Shown here piece after piece: positions 33,274 through 45,903 of a stretch of DNA of 64,000 nt (the stretch's first letter is position 1; every line of letters begins with the position of its first letter). The position numbers and the translations under genes were made by a program. The DNA is taken from contig CBDEFM010000002.1 of assembly GCA_965237415.1 (NCBI GenBank), forward strand, positions 1,792,001 to 1,856,000. Reading direction: 5' to 3'. Source of the stretch: Alphaproteobacteria bacterium. GTDB lineage: Bacteria; Pseudomonadota; Alphaproteobacteria; UBA828. The notes beneath the pieces are model-generated. The model had not been told where the DNA came from. It searched no databases and was given only the letters and a program-made list of their open reading frames with translations.

Positions 33274-34431
33274 ATGTTGCCCCAGAACGGGCCCTCCGAC
33301 CGGGAGGTCGCCCGCTACACCGACCACTACTTCACGCGCACGCGCAAGGCGATCGGCCGCTTCGGCGACGTCCGGGTTACCTACGCGCTGTTCTTGCGGC
33401 GGCCGGTCTGTTTCGCGCCCCGTCTGATGATCGAGTGGCTGGAATCGGTCGCGGCCGAGCGCGGCACCGAATTCACCATCGATTGCCAGTTCGAGGAAGG
33501 CGAGTGGGTCGGCGCCGGCGAGCCGCTGATCTACCTCTCCGGCTCCTTCCGCCATCTCGTCGATCTCGAGACGCTCTACCTGCAGCGGCTGGGCGCCGTC
33601 TGCGTCGCCGCCTACAACGCCTACGCCATGTCGCGCACTCTCCCCAAGGTCGCATTCCTGGCGATGGACGCGCGCCACTGCGCCGGCCTGGAGATGGCCG
33701 AGATGATGGCCTATGCCGCGAGCGTCGGCTCCGAGGCGGCCAAGCAGGAGTGCGGCGCCGTCGGCTTCATCGGCAACGCGACGGATGCGACCGCCCACTA
33801 CTTCGGCAATCAGCGGGGCTACGGCACGATGCCCCACGCCTTCATCGGCTATGCGGGCTCGACGCTGCGCGCGGCGGAGATGTATCACGAGGTCTTCGAG
33901 GGCGAGCCGATGACCGTGCTCGTCGACTATTACGGGCAGGAAGTCACCGACACGCTCGCGGTTTGCAGGCGTTTCCCCGAGCTTGCCGCACGCGGCGAGC
34001 TGAGCATCCGCCTCGACACCCACGGCAGCCGCTATGTCGAGGGCCTGGACATGGCGGAGTCCTACGCCGTGCTCGAGCACTACAGCCCGAACGCGGTGCG
34101 CGAATACCGCACCGAGGCGGAGCTGCGCTGGTTGAACGGCACGGGCGTGAGCGCGGCGGCGCTGTTCCACCTGCGGGCGGCGCTCGACGATGCAGGCTTC
34201 GAGAAGGTGAAGATCGTCGCAAGCTCCGGCTTCGACCCGGCCAAGTGCAGGGTCATGGCCAGCGTGAGCGCGCCGATCGACGTGATCGGCACGGGCTCGT
34301 TTCTGCCCGAGAATTGGTCGGAGACCTTCGCGACGGCCGATGTGATCGAGTACGATGGCACCTCACGGGTCAAGCTCGGCCGCGAGTTTCTGTTGCGGAA
34401 TGGCGAAGGCGACTCTCCCCGTTCACGATAG
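33274..34431 (+). CDS. Nicotinate phosphoribosyltransferase-like protein (type II PRTase)
   Basis: TDHYF, GTMPHAFI, IRLDT, IVASSGF; directly upstream of nadE. Confidence 0.75.
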   Translation: MLPQNGPSDREVARYTDHYFTRTRKAIGRFGDVRVTYALFLRRPVCFAPRLMIEWLESVAAERGTEFTIDCQFEEGEWVGAGEPLIYLSGSFRHLVDLETLYLQRLGAVCVAAYNAYAMSRTLPKVAFLAMDARHCAGLEMAEMMAYAASVGSEAAKQECGAVGFIGNATDATAHYFGNQRGYGTMPHAFIGYAGSTLRAAEMYHEVFEGEPMTVLVDYYGQEVTDTLAVCRRFPELAARGELSIRLDTHGSRYVEGLDMAESYAVLEHYSPNAVREYRTEAELRWLNGTGVSAAALFHLRAALDDAGFEKVKIVASSGFDPAKCRVMASVSAPIDVIGTGSFLPENWSETFATADVIEYDGTSRVKLGREFLLRNGEGDSPRSR

Positions 34432-34476
34432 GCCACGCTGGAGGCCGCCGGCGCCTCCGTCAATGCTCACCCGACC

Positions 34477-36138
34477 ATGACCGATACCCTCGCCATCGCG
34501 CTCGCCCAGCTCAATCCCACCGTGGGGGATTTGGAGGGCAACAAGGCGCTGATCCTGCGCGCGCGGGCCGAGGCGGCGGCCCAGGGTGCGGACCTCGTGG
34601 TCTGCACCGAGCTCGTCGTGACCGGCTACCCGCCCGAGGACCTCGTGCTCAAGCCGATGTTTCAGGAGCAGACACGGGCGACCGTGGAATCGCTCGCGGA
34701 AGCGACAGCCGATGGCGGGCCGGCGCTTCTGCTCGGCGCCCCCTGGGTCGAGGACGGCAAGCTCTACAATGCCGTTCTCCTGCTCGAAGGCGGCCAGGTC
34801 GCCGCGCAGCGCTACAAGTACGAGCTTCCCAATTACGGGGTCTTCGACGAGGTGCGGGTCTTCGCGCGCGCCGGCCTGCCCGGGCCGATCCCGTTTCGCG
34901 GCGTCCGCCTCGGCGCCATGGTCTGCGAGGATATGTGGTTCCCCGAGGTCGCCGAATGCCTCGCGGAATCGGGTGCCGAGATCATGATCGCGATCAACGG
35001 CTCGCCCTTCGAGAGCGACAAGGGCGACGTCCGTCTCAACTGCGCCGTCACCCGCATCGGCGAGACCGAGCTGCCGCTGATTTACACGAACCAGGTGGGC
35101 GGGCAGGACGAGCTCGTTTTCGACGGTGCCTCTTTCGTCCTCAACGCCGACAACAGCCTCTCCGCCCAGGCGCCGGCCTTCGAAGAATCTCTCGTGCTCA
35201 CCCACTGGTCGCGTGAGCGCGACGGCTGGCACTGCGCGCCGGGCCCGCGCGCCGCGCTGCCAGACGGTCACGCCGCGACCTATCGCGCCATGACTTTGGG
35301 GCTTGCCGACTATGTCGGGAAGAACGGCTTCCCCGGCGTGCTGATCGGGCTTTCCGGCGGCATCGATTCGGCGCTGACGGCCGCCGTCGCGGTCGATGCT
35401 CTGGGCGCGGAGCGGGTCTTCTGCGTCGCCATGCCGTCCCGTTATACCGCGCAATCCTCGCTCGACGACGCGGCGGAATGCGCGCGCCTGCTCGGCGTCC
35501 GCTACGAGGCGGTGGGGATCGAGCCGGCGGTGGATGCGCTGGGCGGAATGCTTTCTCCGCTCTTCGCCGGCCGCGAGGCGGACAAGACCGAGGAGAACAT
35601 CCAGGCGCGGGTGCGCGGCGTCATCCTGATGGCGATCAGCAACAAGCTCGGCCATATGGTGCTCACCACCGGCAACAAGTCGGAGATGTCAGTGGGTTAC
35701 GCCACGCTCTACGGCGACATGTGCGGCGGCTATTCCGTGCTGAAGGACGTTTACAAGACCGACGTGTTCGAGATGGCGCGCTGGCGCAACCGGAACTGGA
35801 TGGAGGGCCTCGAGGGGCCGCAGGGAGCGGTGATGCCCGAGGCGATCATCGACAAGCCGCCGAGCGCGGAGCTGCGCCCCGATCAGACCGATCAGGACAC
35901 GCTCCCCCCCTACGATGTGCTCGACGACGTGCTGCGGGGCCTCGTGGAGGAGGAGCGCTCGACGGCGGAACTCGTCGCCCGCGGCCACGCGGCGGAGACC
36001 GCGGAACGCATCTGGCGGATGCTCGATATCGCCGAATACAAGCGGCGTCAGGCACCGCCCGGCATCAAGCTCACGCTGCGCTCCTTCGGCAAGGACCGCC
36101 GCTACCCGATCACCAACCGCTACCGCGGGGCCGGCTGA
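34477..36138 (+). CDS. nadE: Glutamine-dependent NAD+ synthetase
   Basis: Nitrilase-like domain (GYPPED, CEDMW) plus SGGIDS, ENIQAR, TGNKSE, PSAELR. Confidence 0.95.
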   Translation: MTDTLAIALAQLNPTVGDLEGNKALILRARAEAAAQGADLVVCTELVVTGYPPEDLVLKPMFQEQTRATVESLAEATADGGPALLLGAPWVEDGKLYNAVLLLEGGQVAAQRYKYELPNYGVFDEVRVFARAGLPGPIPFRGVRLGAMVCEDMWFPEVAECLAESGAEIMIAINGSPFESDKGDVRLNCAVTRIGETELPLIYTNQVGGQDELVFDGASFVLNADNSLSAQAPAFEESLVLTHWSRERDGWHCAPGPRAALPDGHAATYRAMTLGLADYVGKNGFPGVLIGLSGGIDSALTAAVAVDALGAERVFCVAMPSRYTAQSSLDDAAECARLLGVRYEAVGIEPAVDALGGMLSPLFAGREADKTEENIQARVRGVILMAISNKLGHMVLTTGNKSEMSVGYATLYGDMCGGYSVLKDVYKTDVFEMARWRNRNWMEGLEGPQGAVMPEAIIDKPPSAELRPDQTDQDTLPPYDVLDDVLRGLVEEERSTAELVARGHAAETAERIWRMLDIAEYKRRQAPPGIKLTLRSFGKDRRYPITNRYRGAG

Positions 36139-36141
36139 GCC

Positions 36142-37524
36142 ATGACGCTCTCGCTCCACAACACGCTCACCCGGCGGCGCGAACCGTTGGAGCCGGTGCG
36201 CCCCGGCCATGTCGGCATGTATGTCTGCGGGCCCACGGTCTACGACCTCGCCCATATCGGCAACGCCCGGCCCATCGTGGTGTTCGACGTGCTCTACCGG
36301 GTGCTGAAGCGGCTCTATCCGCAGGTCACCTACGTCAGGAACATCACGGACATCGACGACAAGATCAACGAGGCCTCGCGCAAGAGCGCCGAGCCGATCG
36401 AGTCGATCACCGCGCGGACCACCAAGGCCTTCCACGAGGATATCGCCGCGCTCGGCGCGCTGCCGCCCGACGCCGAGCCGCGAGCGACGGCGCACGTGTC
36501 CGAGATGATCGCGCTCATCGAGGCGCTGATCGAAGCCGGCAACGCCTATGAGGCGGAGGGACACGTGCTCTTCCACGTGCCGTCGGCGCCCCGCTACGGC
36601 GCGCTTTCCGGCCGCAACCGCGACGAGATGATCGCGGGCGCGCGCGTCGAGGTCGCGCCCTACAAGCGCGATCCGGCCGATTTCGTGCTGTGGAAGCCGA
36701 GCGACGAGACCCTGCCGGGTTGGGAAAGTGCTTGGGGACGCGGCCGGCCCGGCTGGCATATCGAGTGCTCGGCCATGAGCCGCGCCTATCTCGGCGAGAC
36801 GCTGGACATCCACGGCGGCGGCATGGATCTGATCTTCCCCCATCACGAGAACGAGATCGCGCAGAGCGAATGCGCCTGCCCCGGCGCGCCCTTCGCCCGC
36901 CACTGGGTGCACAACGACGTGCTCACCGTGGCGGGCGAGAAGATGTCGAAGTCCCTCGGCAACTTCGTCACCATCCGCGACGCGCTGGCCGAGACGCCGG
37001 GCGAGGTGATCCGCCTGGTCCTGCTGAGCACGCACTACCGGCACCCCTTGGACTGGACCGCCGACGGGCTCGCCCAGGCGCGCGCCAACCTGGACCGCCT
37101 CTACACCGCGCTGCGCAACGCGGGCGTGGAGGATGGGGCGGCCGACGACAGCGCCGACCCGGAGGTCGAGGCCGCGCTCTGCGACGATCTCAACACGCCG
37201 AAGGCGCTCGCCGTCCTCCACAGGCTCGCGGGCGACCTCAACCGGGCCGGCGACGCGTCGACCAAGGCGCGGGCCTGCGCCTCGCTGCGTGGCTCCGGCG
37301 CCCTGCTCGGGCTGTTGCAGGCCGACCCCGAGGCGTGGTTCCGCGGTGCGGGGCAGGAAGGCGGCATGAGCGATGCCGAAATCCAGGCGCTGATCGCAGT
37401 CCGTGCCACCGCGCGAGCCCAACGCGACTTCGCCGAGGCCGACCGCATCCGCGCGGCGATGGCGGCCGAGGGCATCGCCCTCGAAGACACGGCGGAGGGC
37501 ACGCTGTGGCGCCGTGCGCAATGA
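36142..37524 (+). CDS. cysS: Cysteine--tRNA ligase
   Basis: CGPTVY, HIGN, GRPGWHIECSAM, KMSKS. Confidence 0.97.
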   Translation: MTLSLHNTLTRRREPLEPVRPGHVGMYVCGPTVYDLAHIGNARPIVVFDVLYRVLKRLYPQVTYVRNITDIDDKINEASRKSAEPIESITARTTKAFHEDIAALGALPPDAEPRATAHVSEMIALIEALIEAGNAYEAEGHVLFHVPSAPRYGALSGRNRDEMIAGARVEVAPYKRDPADFVLWKPSDETLPGWESAWGRGRPGWHIECSAMSRAYLGETLDIHGGGMDLIFPHHENEIAQSECACPGAPFARHWVHNDVLTVAGEKMSKSLGNFVTIRDALAETPGEVIRLVLLSTHYRHPLDWTADGLAQARANLDRLYTALRNAGVEDGAADDSADPEVEAALCDDLNTPKALAVLHRLAGDLNRAGDASTKARACASLRGSGALLGLLQADPEAWFRGAGQEGGMSDAEIQALIAVRATARAQRDFAEADRIRAAMAAEGIALEDTAEGTLWRRAQ

Positions 37525-37562
37525 ACGGTGTGCGCCGGTCCCGCGCCATAGCAGGCTGAGCC

Positions 37563-38375
37563 GTGGCGGGGACCGACCGGCGCAAGAGCCGCGCAGCGGC
37601 CCATGTCGAAAAGGGAGCGCCGGCGGTCATCCTCGTGCGCACCCAGCTCGGTGAGAACATCGGCGCCGCCGCCCGCGCCATGCTGAATTGCGGCCTTTCC
37701 GACCTGCGCCTTGTCGAGCCCCGCGACGGCTGGCCCAACGTCAAGGCGCTGGGCGCGGCCTCTGGCGCCGATGCGGTGCTGAGCGGCGCGCGCCTCTGCG
37801 CGACCGTGGAAGAGGCGGTGGCCGACCTCAACCTGGTCCACGCCACCACAGCGAGGCCCAGGGAGATGCTGAAGCCGGAGCTTGCACCGCGTGCGGCGGT
37901 CACGGCGCTGCGCGACGCAGGCCGCCGGGGCGCCCGGCTCGGCCTCCTCTTCGGGCCGGAGAAGGCCGGCCTCAAGAACGAGGAGCTGGTGCTGGCCGAC
38001 GCCATCGTCCGCATTCCGCTCAACCCTGCCTTCGCCTCGCTCAATCTGGCGCAGGCGGTCCTCATCATGGCTTACGAATGGCGCCTCGCGAGCGGTCCGC
38101 TGGAGGAAGAGTCGGAGCCGCCACCGCCAACGGGAAGCGCCCGGCCCGCCACCAAGGACGAGATCCTGCACTTCTTCGCGCATCTGGAGGGCGCGCTCGA
38201 TGCGCGCGACTTCTTCCCGACGCCCGAGATGCGGCCCAAGATGGTGCAGAACATGCGGACCATGTTCGAGCGCATCTCGCTCACCCACCAGGACGTACAG
38301 ACGCTGCGCGGCGTCGTGCGCGCGCTCACAGGCGAACCGTCCCGGCGCGGCTGGCCGCCGGGCTCGTCCGATTGA
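37563..38375 (+). CDS. trmJ: TrmJ/LasT family RNA methyltransferase
   Basis: GENIGAAARAMLN, FGPEKAGL, SLNLAQAV. Confidence 0.85.
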   Translation: MAGTDRRKSRAAAHVEKGAPAVILVRTQLGENIGAAARAMLNCGLSDLRLVEPRDGWPNVKALGAASGADAVLSGARLCATVEEAVADLNLVHATTARPREMLKPELAPRAAVTALRDAGRRGARLGLLFGPEKAGLKNEELVLADAIVRIPLNPAFASLNLAQAVLIMAYEWRLASGPLEEESEPPPPTGSARPATKDEILHFFAHLEGALDARDFFPTPEMRPKMVQNMRTMFERISLTHQDVQTLRGVVRALTGEPSRRGWPPGSSD

Positions 38376-38399
38376 CACGGGACCTTCGGCGGCTATAGT
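38372..38399 (+). promoter_or_regulatory. Sigma70-type promoter for rpsD
   Basis: TTGACA-N16-TATAGT. Confidence 0.65.
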
Positions 38400-38456
38400 G
38401 CGCCCGGCTCGCCGCCCCAGGGCGGCGGCGCGCGTCCTCCCACCGGCACGGACACG

Positions 38457-39071
38457 ATGAGCAAACGACAGCAGTCGAAATACAAGATTTGCCGCCGCCT
38501 CGGGGTCAACCTCTGGGGCCGACCCAAGAGTCCGACCAACAGGCGCGACTACGGGCCGGGGCAGCACGGCCAGCGGCGGCGCAAGCCGTCGGATTTCGGG
38601 GTGCAGCTCTCGGCCAAGCAGCGCCTGCGCGGCTACTACGGCAACATCACCGAGAAGCAGTTCCGCCGCTACTACCGCATCGCCGGCGACCGCAAGGGCG
38701 ACACCGGCGAGAACCTGATCGGGCTGCTGGAGCGGCGCCTCGATGCCGTCGTCTACCGGATGAAGTTCGTGCCGACCGTGTTCGCGGCGCGGCAGTTCGT
38801 GAACCACGGCCACATCCTGGTCAACGGCCGCCGGGTGACGATCCCGAGCTATCTGGTGCAGGACGAGGACCGCATCACGGTGCGGGAGCGCTCCAAGCAG
38901 CTGCCGCTGGTGCTGGAGGCGATCGATTCGCCGGAACGCGACGTGCCGGACTATCTGGAGGCCGACCACGACCGGATGGAGGGCCGCTTCATCCGCGCGC
39001 CGAAGGTCGCCGACGTGCCTTACCCGGTGCAGATGGAGCCCAATCTCGTCATCGAGTTCTACTCGCGGTAA
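38457..39071 (+). CDS. rpsD: 30S ribosomal protein S4
   Basis: [33 protein letters not shown]. Confidence 0.97.
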   Translation: MSKRQQSKYKICRRLGVNLWGRPKSPTNRRDYGPGQHGQRRRKPSDFGVQLSAKQRLRGYYGNITEKQFRRYYRIAGDRKGDTGENLIGLLERRLDAVVYRMKFVPTVFAARQFVNHGHILVNGRRVTIPSYLVQDEDRITVRERSKQLPLVLEAIDSPERDVPDYLEADHDRMEGRFIRAPKVADVPYPVQMEPNLVIEFYSR

Positions 39072-39166
39072 GCCTCATCCGTTAGGTCCCCTGCCCTTCC
39101 GATTGACAGGGCGCCCCATCCCGGCTTTTGTCTGCCCTTAGGTTCAGAGGGTCAGGGAGGAGCGAG

Positions 39167-39751
39167 ATGGGCGACGTAACGTTCGAGCACCACCTGCTGA
39201 AGGAAGCCGGCACGAGCCCCAACAACGGGGCGCTGTCGCTCATCGTCTACCGGAGCGTCATGGATGTCGGCGGCGACGAGCCGGAAGCCGCGGTCGAGCG
39301 CCACTTCGACGCCAACGGCTGGGGCGACGGCTTTCGCGGCGACACCTTTCCCTTCCACCACTACCACTCGATCGCGCATGAGGTCGTGGGCTGCGCGCGC
39401 GGCGCGGCGCGGCTCCAGTTCGGCGGGCCCGAGGGGCCGGTGGTCGATGTGCAGGCCGGCGATGCCGTGCTGATCCCCGCCGGGGTGGTCCACTGCCGGC
39501 TCGACGACAAGCCGGGCTACGTCAGCATCGGCGCCTATCCGCCGGGGCAGCAGCCGGATCTTTGCGTGCTGTCGGACCAGGATGCGGCGGTCTCCGACGC
39601 GCGGGACGATACCGAGGGCCTGGAGCTGAAGATCGTCCGCGACGCGGAGATGCCCGCGATCAGGGCCTCCATCGCCAGCGTCCCGCTGCCTGCGACCGAC
39701 CCGCTGGCAGCCGGAAGCGGCCCGGTGGAGAGCCTCTGGCTAGAGCGCTGA
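39167..39751 (+). CDS. Cupin domain protein (YjlB-like)
   Basis: PNN, FHHYHSIAHEV, AGDAVLIPAGVVH, GAYPPG. Confidence 0.8.
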   Translation: MGDVTFEHHLLKEAGTSPNNGALSLIVYRSVMDVGGDEPEAAVERHFDANGWGDGFRGDTFPFHHYHSIAHEVVGCARGAARLQFGGPEGPVVDVQAGDAVLIPAGVVHCRLDDKPGYVSIGAYPPGQQPDLCVLSDQDAAVSDARDDTEGLELKIVRDAEMPAIRASIASVPLPATDPLAAGSGPVESLWLER

Positions 39752-39858
39752 GCGCCGCCGACTGAGTAAACACTCTCGACGCGCAATCGTGAGAGAGAGT
39801 TTCAGTAGGGCTGATGTATCGCCGCTGTTGCTGTGGGCATCGTAAACGCTCGTGGACT

Positions 39859-40829
39859 TTAAAGTCTCAACGGTATACTTGTCACACGGATACGGCTCTC
39901 GGCATCTTTCACTTCAGCCCGTTCAAGTAGAGCTACAAATGCTTCGCATATCGCGTCCGGATACTTGGTTGGCCCAATGATAACTTGGTCCAAAATCTCA
40001 GGAATTTCAAGCCCAGTCAAACCGATTTCGGGCAAGTTCTTCAGGCGAAATTTGCAAATCGGTTGCGGCGTTCCGTTGACTATTTCAATGCTTCTCTCCA
40101 CATTCGGTGACTGCTCCATTGAAGGCATGTAAATTACGCGCCACTCACGCTCTTCGCTGAATCCTGGATGTTTCGTACACAAGACAGAAAATTTGAACGC
40201 GTTAAACATTGCGTCACATACTGTGTCCCGCCCCTGGTCACGAAGAAAATCATAGTGGCACCTGATCCCCCCGACTACCTTCTGCAATTCGAGTTCGAAT
40301 AACTCGTCGTCAAGATATAGTACCGGACTTGAATAAACCCCCGGTGGACCAATATACGCAAGAAACGGCGCATTATTCAGCACTAGTGCGACTCCGGTTG
40401 ACTCACCATAGGCTCTCCACATTGACAGCCGTCCATACTTATCGTCATCATCATCTGTGTGCTCCGACAGACATGCAATGTATGTAGTGTTGTGAAAATA
40501 TGGCATCCAATCATGGAAAAAATTTCTAATTCGGTGGTGATTCCAGGAAACATGCCATCTAGTGCCTCCCTAAACTGTTCTCCTGCCACTCCACCATATG
40601 CCCGATTAAAACAATTAAGTCCTTGCCTTACTTCCATGTAATCGTTCATGCAGGATATCTTCCGCATCCAAACTTGTTGAGTCTCCAATATCTTCATCGC
40701 CGCATCTGCAGTGGTGTAATGAACGAAGCGAGTGTTCTTCTTTTCCGCCGCTTTCAATTTTTCTACCGCAAGAGGATGAAATATATTGAGGAGACGCAAT
40801 TCATCTTCCGAAAGATTGAAATCAGTCAT
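39859..40829 (-). pseudogene. DUF2971-like protein, frameshifted near 40517-40522; low GC
   Basis: 5' ORF (VHYTT, CMNDYME) and 3' ORF (LSMWRAYG, KHPGFSEEREWR, IIGP) join if one T is added to a T6 run. Confidence 0.7.
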
Positions 40830-41121
40830 GAAATTACCTGCCTAATCGAAATGAGTGGTCAACTGATCAGAGTGGCCGCGCTCTGGCTCGGCCTATAAGC
40901 CCAAGCCCCGGCCGCCTACGGTTCAACTGTCCTATACAGTGAGCAGCGTAGTACGGCCAAGTCAAAGCAAGTCTTCGGGCTTCGTCGGCGGGTCGTCGAT
41001 TCGTGGGAACGCGTCGTCCAGCGGCTTCAACCCCGCCAGCACCTCCGTCAACGAGGGCGCCCGCGCGACCGGTTGACCGGACCGGTCAGGCACATGCGTC
41101 TCCCGCGCATCGACAATCACG

Positions 41122-41469
41122 TCAATCGAAGACGCTGAAGTCGAGGGCGAGGCGCTCGCCGAGCCAGAGCGGGTAGTCGCGGTGGTCGGCGAGATCGTTG
41201 CCGGTATTGGGATGGACGAGCACCGGGTGGCCCCGGCGGTTGAGCATGAGCCAGGGTACGAACTCGGCGAAGAGGGCCGGCTCGAAGGCCACCTGGAACG
41301 TGGGCACCGGATGCGGCCCCACGGGCTTGTCGCGCCAGCGCCCGAGGCGCACGGGAAAGCGCGCGATCAGGTCCGTCCTGACCGCCGCGGCGCTCTTCCG
41401 CGTCGCCGGTTCGTAATAGACGTGGGCGTGGTAGCTGGCGATCGCCGCCGGCGGCAGCGATGGGTTCAA
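41122..41469 (-). CDS. DOPA 4,5-dioxygenase family protein
   Basis: [31 protein letters not shown]; TTG start overlaps the grxD stop. Confidence 0.8.
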   Translation of the reverse strand: MNPSLPPAAIASYHAHVYYEPATRKSAAAVRTDLIARFPVRLGRWRDKPVGPHPVPTFQVAFEPALFAEFVPWLMLNRRGHPVLVHPNTGNDLADHRDYPLWLGERLALDFSVFD

Positions 41470-41819
41470 ACGCGAGGCTCGACGCTGACGCCCCTGGTGC
41501 TCAGCAACTCCCCAAGCTCGCCGGTCTCGTACATCTCGCGGACGATGTCGCAACCGCCCACGAACTCGCCCTTGACGTAGAGCTGAGGGATCGTCGGCCA
41601 GTCGCTGAAGTGCTTGATCCCCTGGCGGATCTCCGGGTCCTCGAGCACGTCGAAGCCCTTGAAGCGCACGCCGAGCAGCGAGAGCATCTGCACCACGGTG
41701 GCGGAGAACCCGCACTGCGGGAACACCGGCGTCCCCTTCATGAACAGGACGACGTCGTTCTCGTCGATCACGCCCCGGATGCGGTTCTCGACCGGCGCGC
41801 TGGTCGTGGCCTCCATCAT
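41466..41819 (-). CDS. grxD: Monothiol glutaredoxin Grx4
   Basis: [24 protein letters not shown]. Confidence 0.93.
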   Translation of the reverse strand: MMEATTSAPVENRIRGVIDENDVVLFMKGTPVFPQCGFSATVVQMLSLLGVRFKGFDVLEDPEIRQGIKHFSDWPTIPQLYVKGEFVGGCDIVREMYETGELGELLSTRGVSVEPRV

Positions 41820-41847
41820 GCGAAATCCCCTTTCATGTCCGTTCGGT

Positions 41848-42087
41848 TCAGGCGTCCGTAGGGACGCTGGTCTGTAGCGCAAGCGCATGCAGCTGATCGC
41901 CCATGCGCCCGCGCAGCGCGCGATAGACCATCTGATGCTGCTCCACCCGCGACTTGCCCGCGAACGAAGCCGAGACCACACGCGCCGCGTAGTGATCGCC
42001 GTCGCCACGCAGATCGTCGATATGGATCTGGGCGTCGGGGAGCGCCTCGCGAATGAGCTGCTCGATCTCCTGCACGTCCATCGGCAT
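41848..42087 (-). CDS. BolA family protein
   Basis: [24 protein letters not shown]; next to grxD. Confidence 0.9.
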   Translation of the reverse strand: MPMDVQEIEQLIREALPDAQIHIDDLRGDGDHYAARVVSASFAGKSRVEQHQMVYRALRGRMGDQLHALALQTSVPTDA

Positions 42088-42111
42088 CGGCGGCGCTCTC
42101 AGGCGAATTTC

Positions 42112-44381
<2,270 letters not shown>

Positions 44382-44385
<4 letters not shown>

Positions 44386-45071
44386 GAAAGCGCCTCCACC
44401 AGGCGATCGAACATGGCGCGCCCGTCCGCGCCGCCGAGCGCGGGCTCCGCGGCCCGCTCGGGATGCGGCATAAGGCCAAGCACCGTGCGGGCCGGATTGA
44501 GGATGCCGGCGATATCGGCGGCGGAGCCATTGGGGTTGGCGCCGTCGCCCCTCTCGCCGTTGTTGCCCACGTAGCGGAAGGCGACGAGCCCCTCGCCCTC
44601 GAGCCGGGCCAGCGTCTCCGCATCGGCGCAGTAGTTGCCGTCGTGATGGGCGACCGGCATCCGCACCACCTGCCCGACTTGATAGCCGGCGGTAAACGGG
44701 CTCTCGACCTCCTCCACGCACAGGCTGACCCAGCGGCAGACGAAGCGCAGCCCCGCGTTCCGCATCAGCGCGCCCGGCAGCAGCCCGGCCTCCGTCGCCA
44801 CCTGGAAGCCGTTGCAGATTGCCAACAGAGGCACGCCGGCGTTGGCCCGCCTCACGACGTCCGCCATCACCGGCGAGCGCGCCGCCATGGCGCCCGCGCG
44901 CAGGTAATCGCCGTGGGCGAAGCCGCCGGGGAGCACGATCAGGTCGCAGGCCGGCAGCGCCTGCTCGTCGTGCCAGACCATCGCCGGCGCCCGGCCCGCG
45001 CTCGCCTCCAGCGCCACCATCACGTCGCGGTCGCAGTTGGAGCCGGGGAAGACCACGATCACGGCCTTCAT
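44382..45071 (-). CDS. purQ: Phosphoribosylformylglycinamidine synthase subunit PurQ
   Basis: [30 protein letters not shown]. Confidence 0.96.
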
Positions 45072-45129
45072 CGCGCCTCCGCAGCCGGACACGGTGCGTC
45101 CTCTCCGCCGCGCAGGACGGGAGCGAGCG

Positions 45130-45176
45130 CCCCCACCTCACCCCGGCCCTCTCCTCCCCCAGGGGCGGAGAGGGAG
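45130..45176. repeat. REP-like palindrome, with degenerate copies at about 45199-45230 and 45253-45283
   Basis: CCCTCTCC-TCCCC-CA-GGGG-C-GGAGAGGG stem-loop preceded by CCTCACCCCGG. Confidence 0.7.
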
Positions 45177-45307
45177 AGTAGGCTGCGGCCGTCCGCGTCT
45201 CCTCTCCGCCCTCCCGAGGCGAAGAAGGAGCGACGAGCATTTGCGGCGCGGTCCCCCCTCCGCACCTCAGCCGGGGCGAGGAAGCACGGGCGGGTGCAGT
45301 CTGCGTC

Positions 45308-45446
45308 CCCCCTCCGCCTTCCCGGGCCGTCGGGCCCGGACGGCGCGACTGCGCCGCGCGCCGAATGGCGCGTAGGCAAGCGAGCGGAGCTCGCGCCCGC
45401 CGTTGAGGGAAATGAACCAGTCGGGAGGGGGACAGGGGGAGGTGGG
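45308..45446. repeat. 139-bp direct repeat, copy 1
   Basis: 135/139 identical to 45737-45875. Confidence 0.95.
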
Positions 45447-45467
45447 ATGGCGTGGAAACCATTTCTT

Positions 45468-45506
45468 AGGCGGGATTCGGCGGGATTAAGTGGGATTAAG
45501 TGGGAT
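45468..45506. repeat. 10-bp-period GGGATTAAGT array, copy 2
   Basis: Identical to 7756-7794. Confidence 0.9.
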
Positions 45507-45538
45507 TCCGTGGGACGGACGGCCCAGGCGCAGGGTAC

Positions 45539-45696
45539 GACGGCGGCGCCGGATGCCGGGCCGATTGCGGGCAGGAGAGGCTCCACCGACGAGCGCCCGC
45601 TCATCCGCACTGCGGCTGCCGTGCCCCGCTCTCTCTCGCTCTCCATGGCGCGATCCTGACGCGGACGCCCCACCCTGTGCCCCGAACCATTGTCCG
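45539..45696 (-). pseudogene. Truncated paralog of the 5' end and leader of the gp27/DUF3486-like gene
   Basis: 45616-45696 is 63/81 identical (ungapped) to 13586-13666; peptide MSGRSSVEPLLPAI versus MGGDCSSDEPLPAAI. Confidence 0.7.
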
Positions 45697-45736
45697 GGGA
45701 GTCGGATCGGGAGTTGAAGCCGCCGCCGTCTACCTT

Positions 45737-45875
45737 CCCCCTCCGCCTTCCCGGGCCGTCAGGCCCGGACGGCGCGACTGCGCCGCGCGCCGAATGGCGC
45801 GTAGGCAAGCGAGCGGAGCTCGCGCCCGCCGTTGAGGGAAATGAACCAGTCGGCAGGGGGAAAGGGGAAGGTGGG
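45737..45875. repeat. 139-bp direct repeat, copy 2
   Basis: 135/139 identical to 45308-45446. Confidence 0.95.
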
Positions 45876-45903
45876 CCGATGACGGAGAATGACGGGCGCC
45901 GTC

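Noticed and set aside
40510-40530. Programmed -1 ribosomal frameshift in the DUF2971-like gene
   Set aside because: In-frame context GAA ATT TTT TCC is not a canonical X XXY YYZ slippery heptamer
44386-45462. N-terminally extended 1116-aa PurL from the ORF track
   Set aside because: The extension overlaps purQ in another frame and the repeat region; PurL homology starts near 44364-44385
45308-45875. 139-bp direct repeats as a CRISPR array
   Set aside because: Only two copies, repeat and spacer far too long, no cas genes
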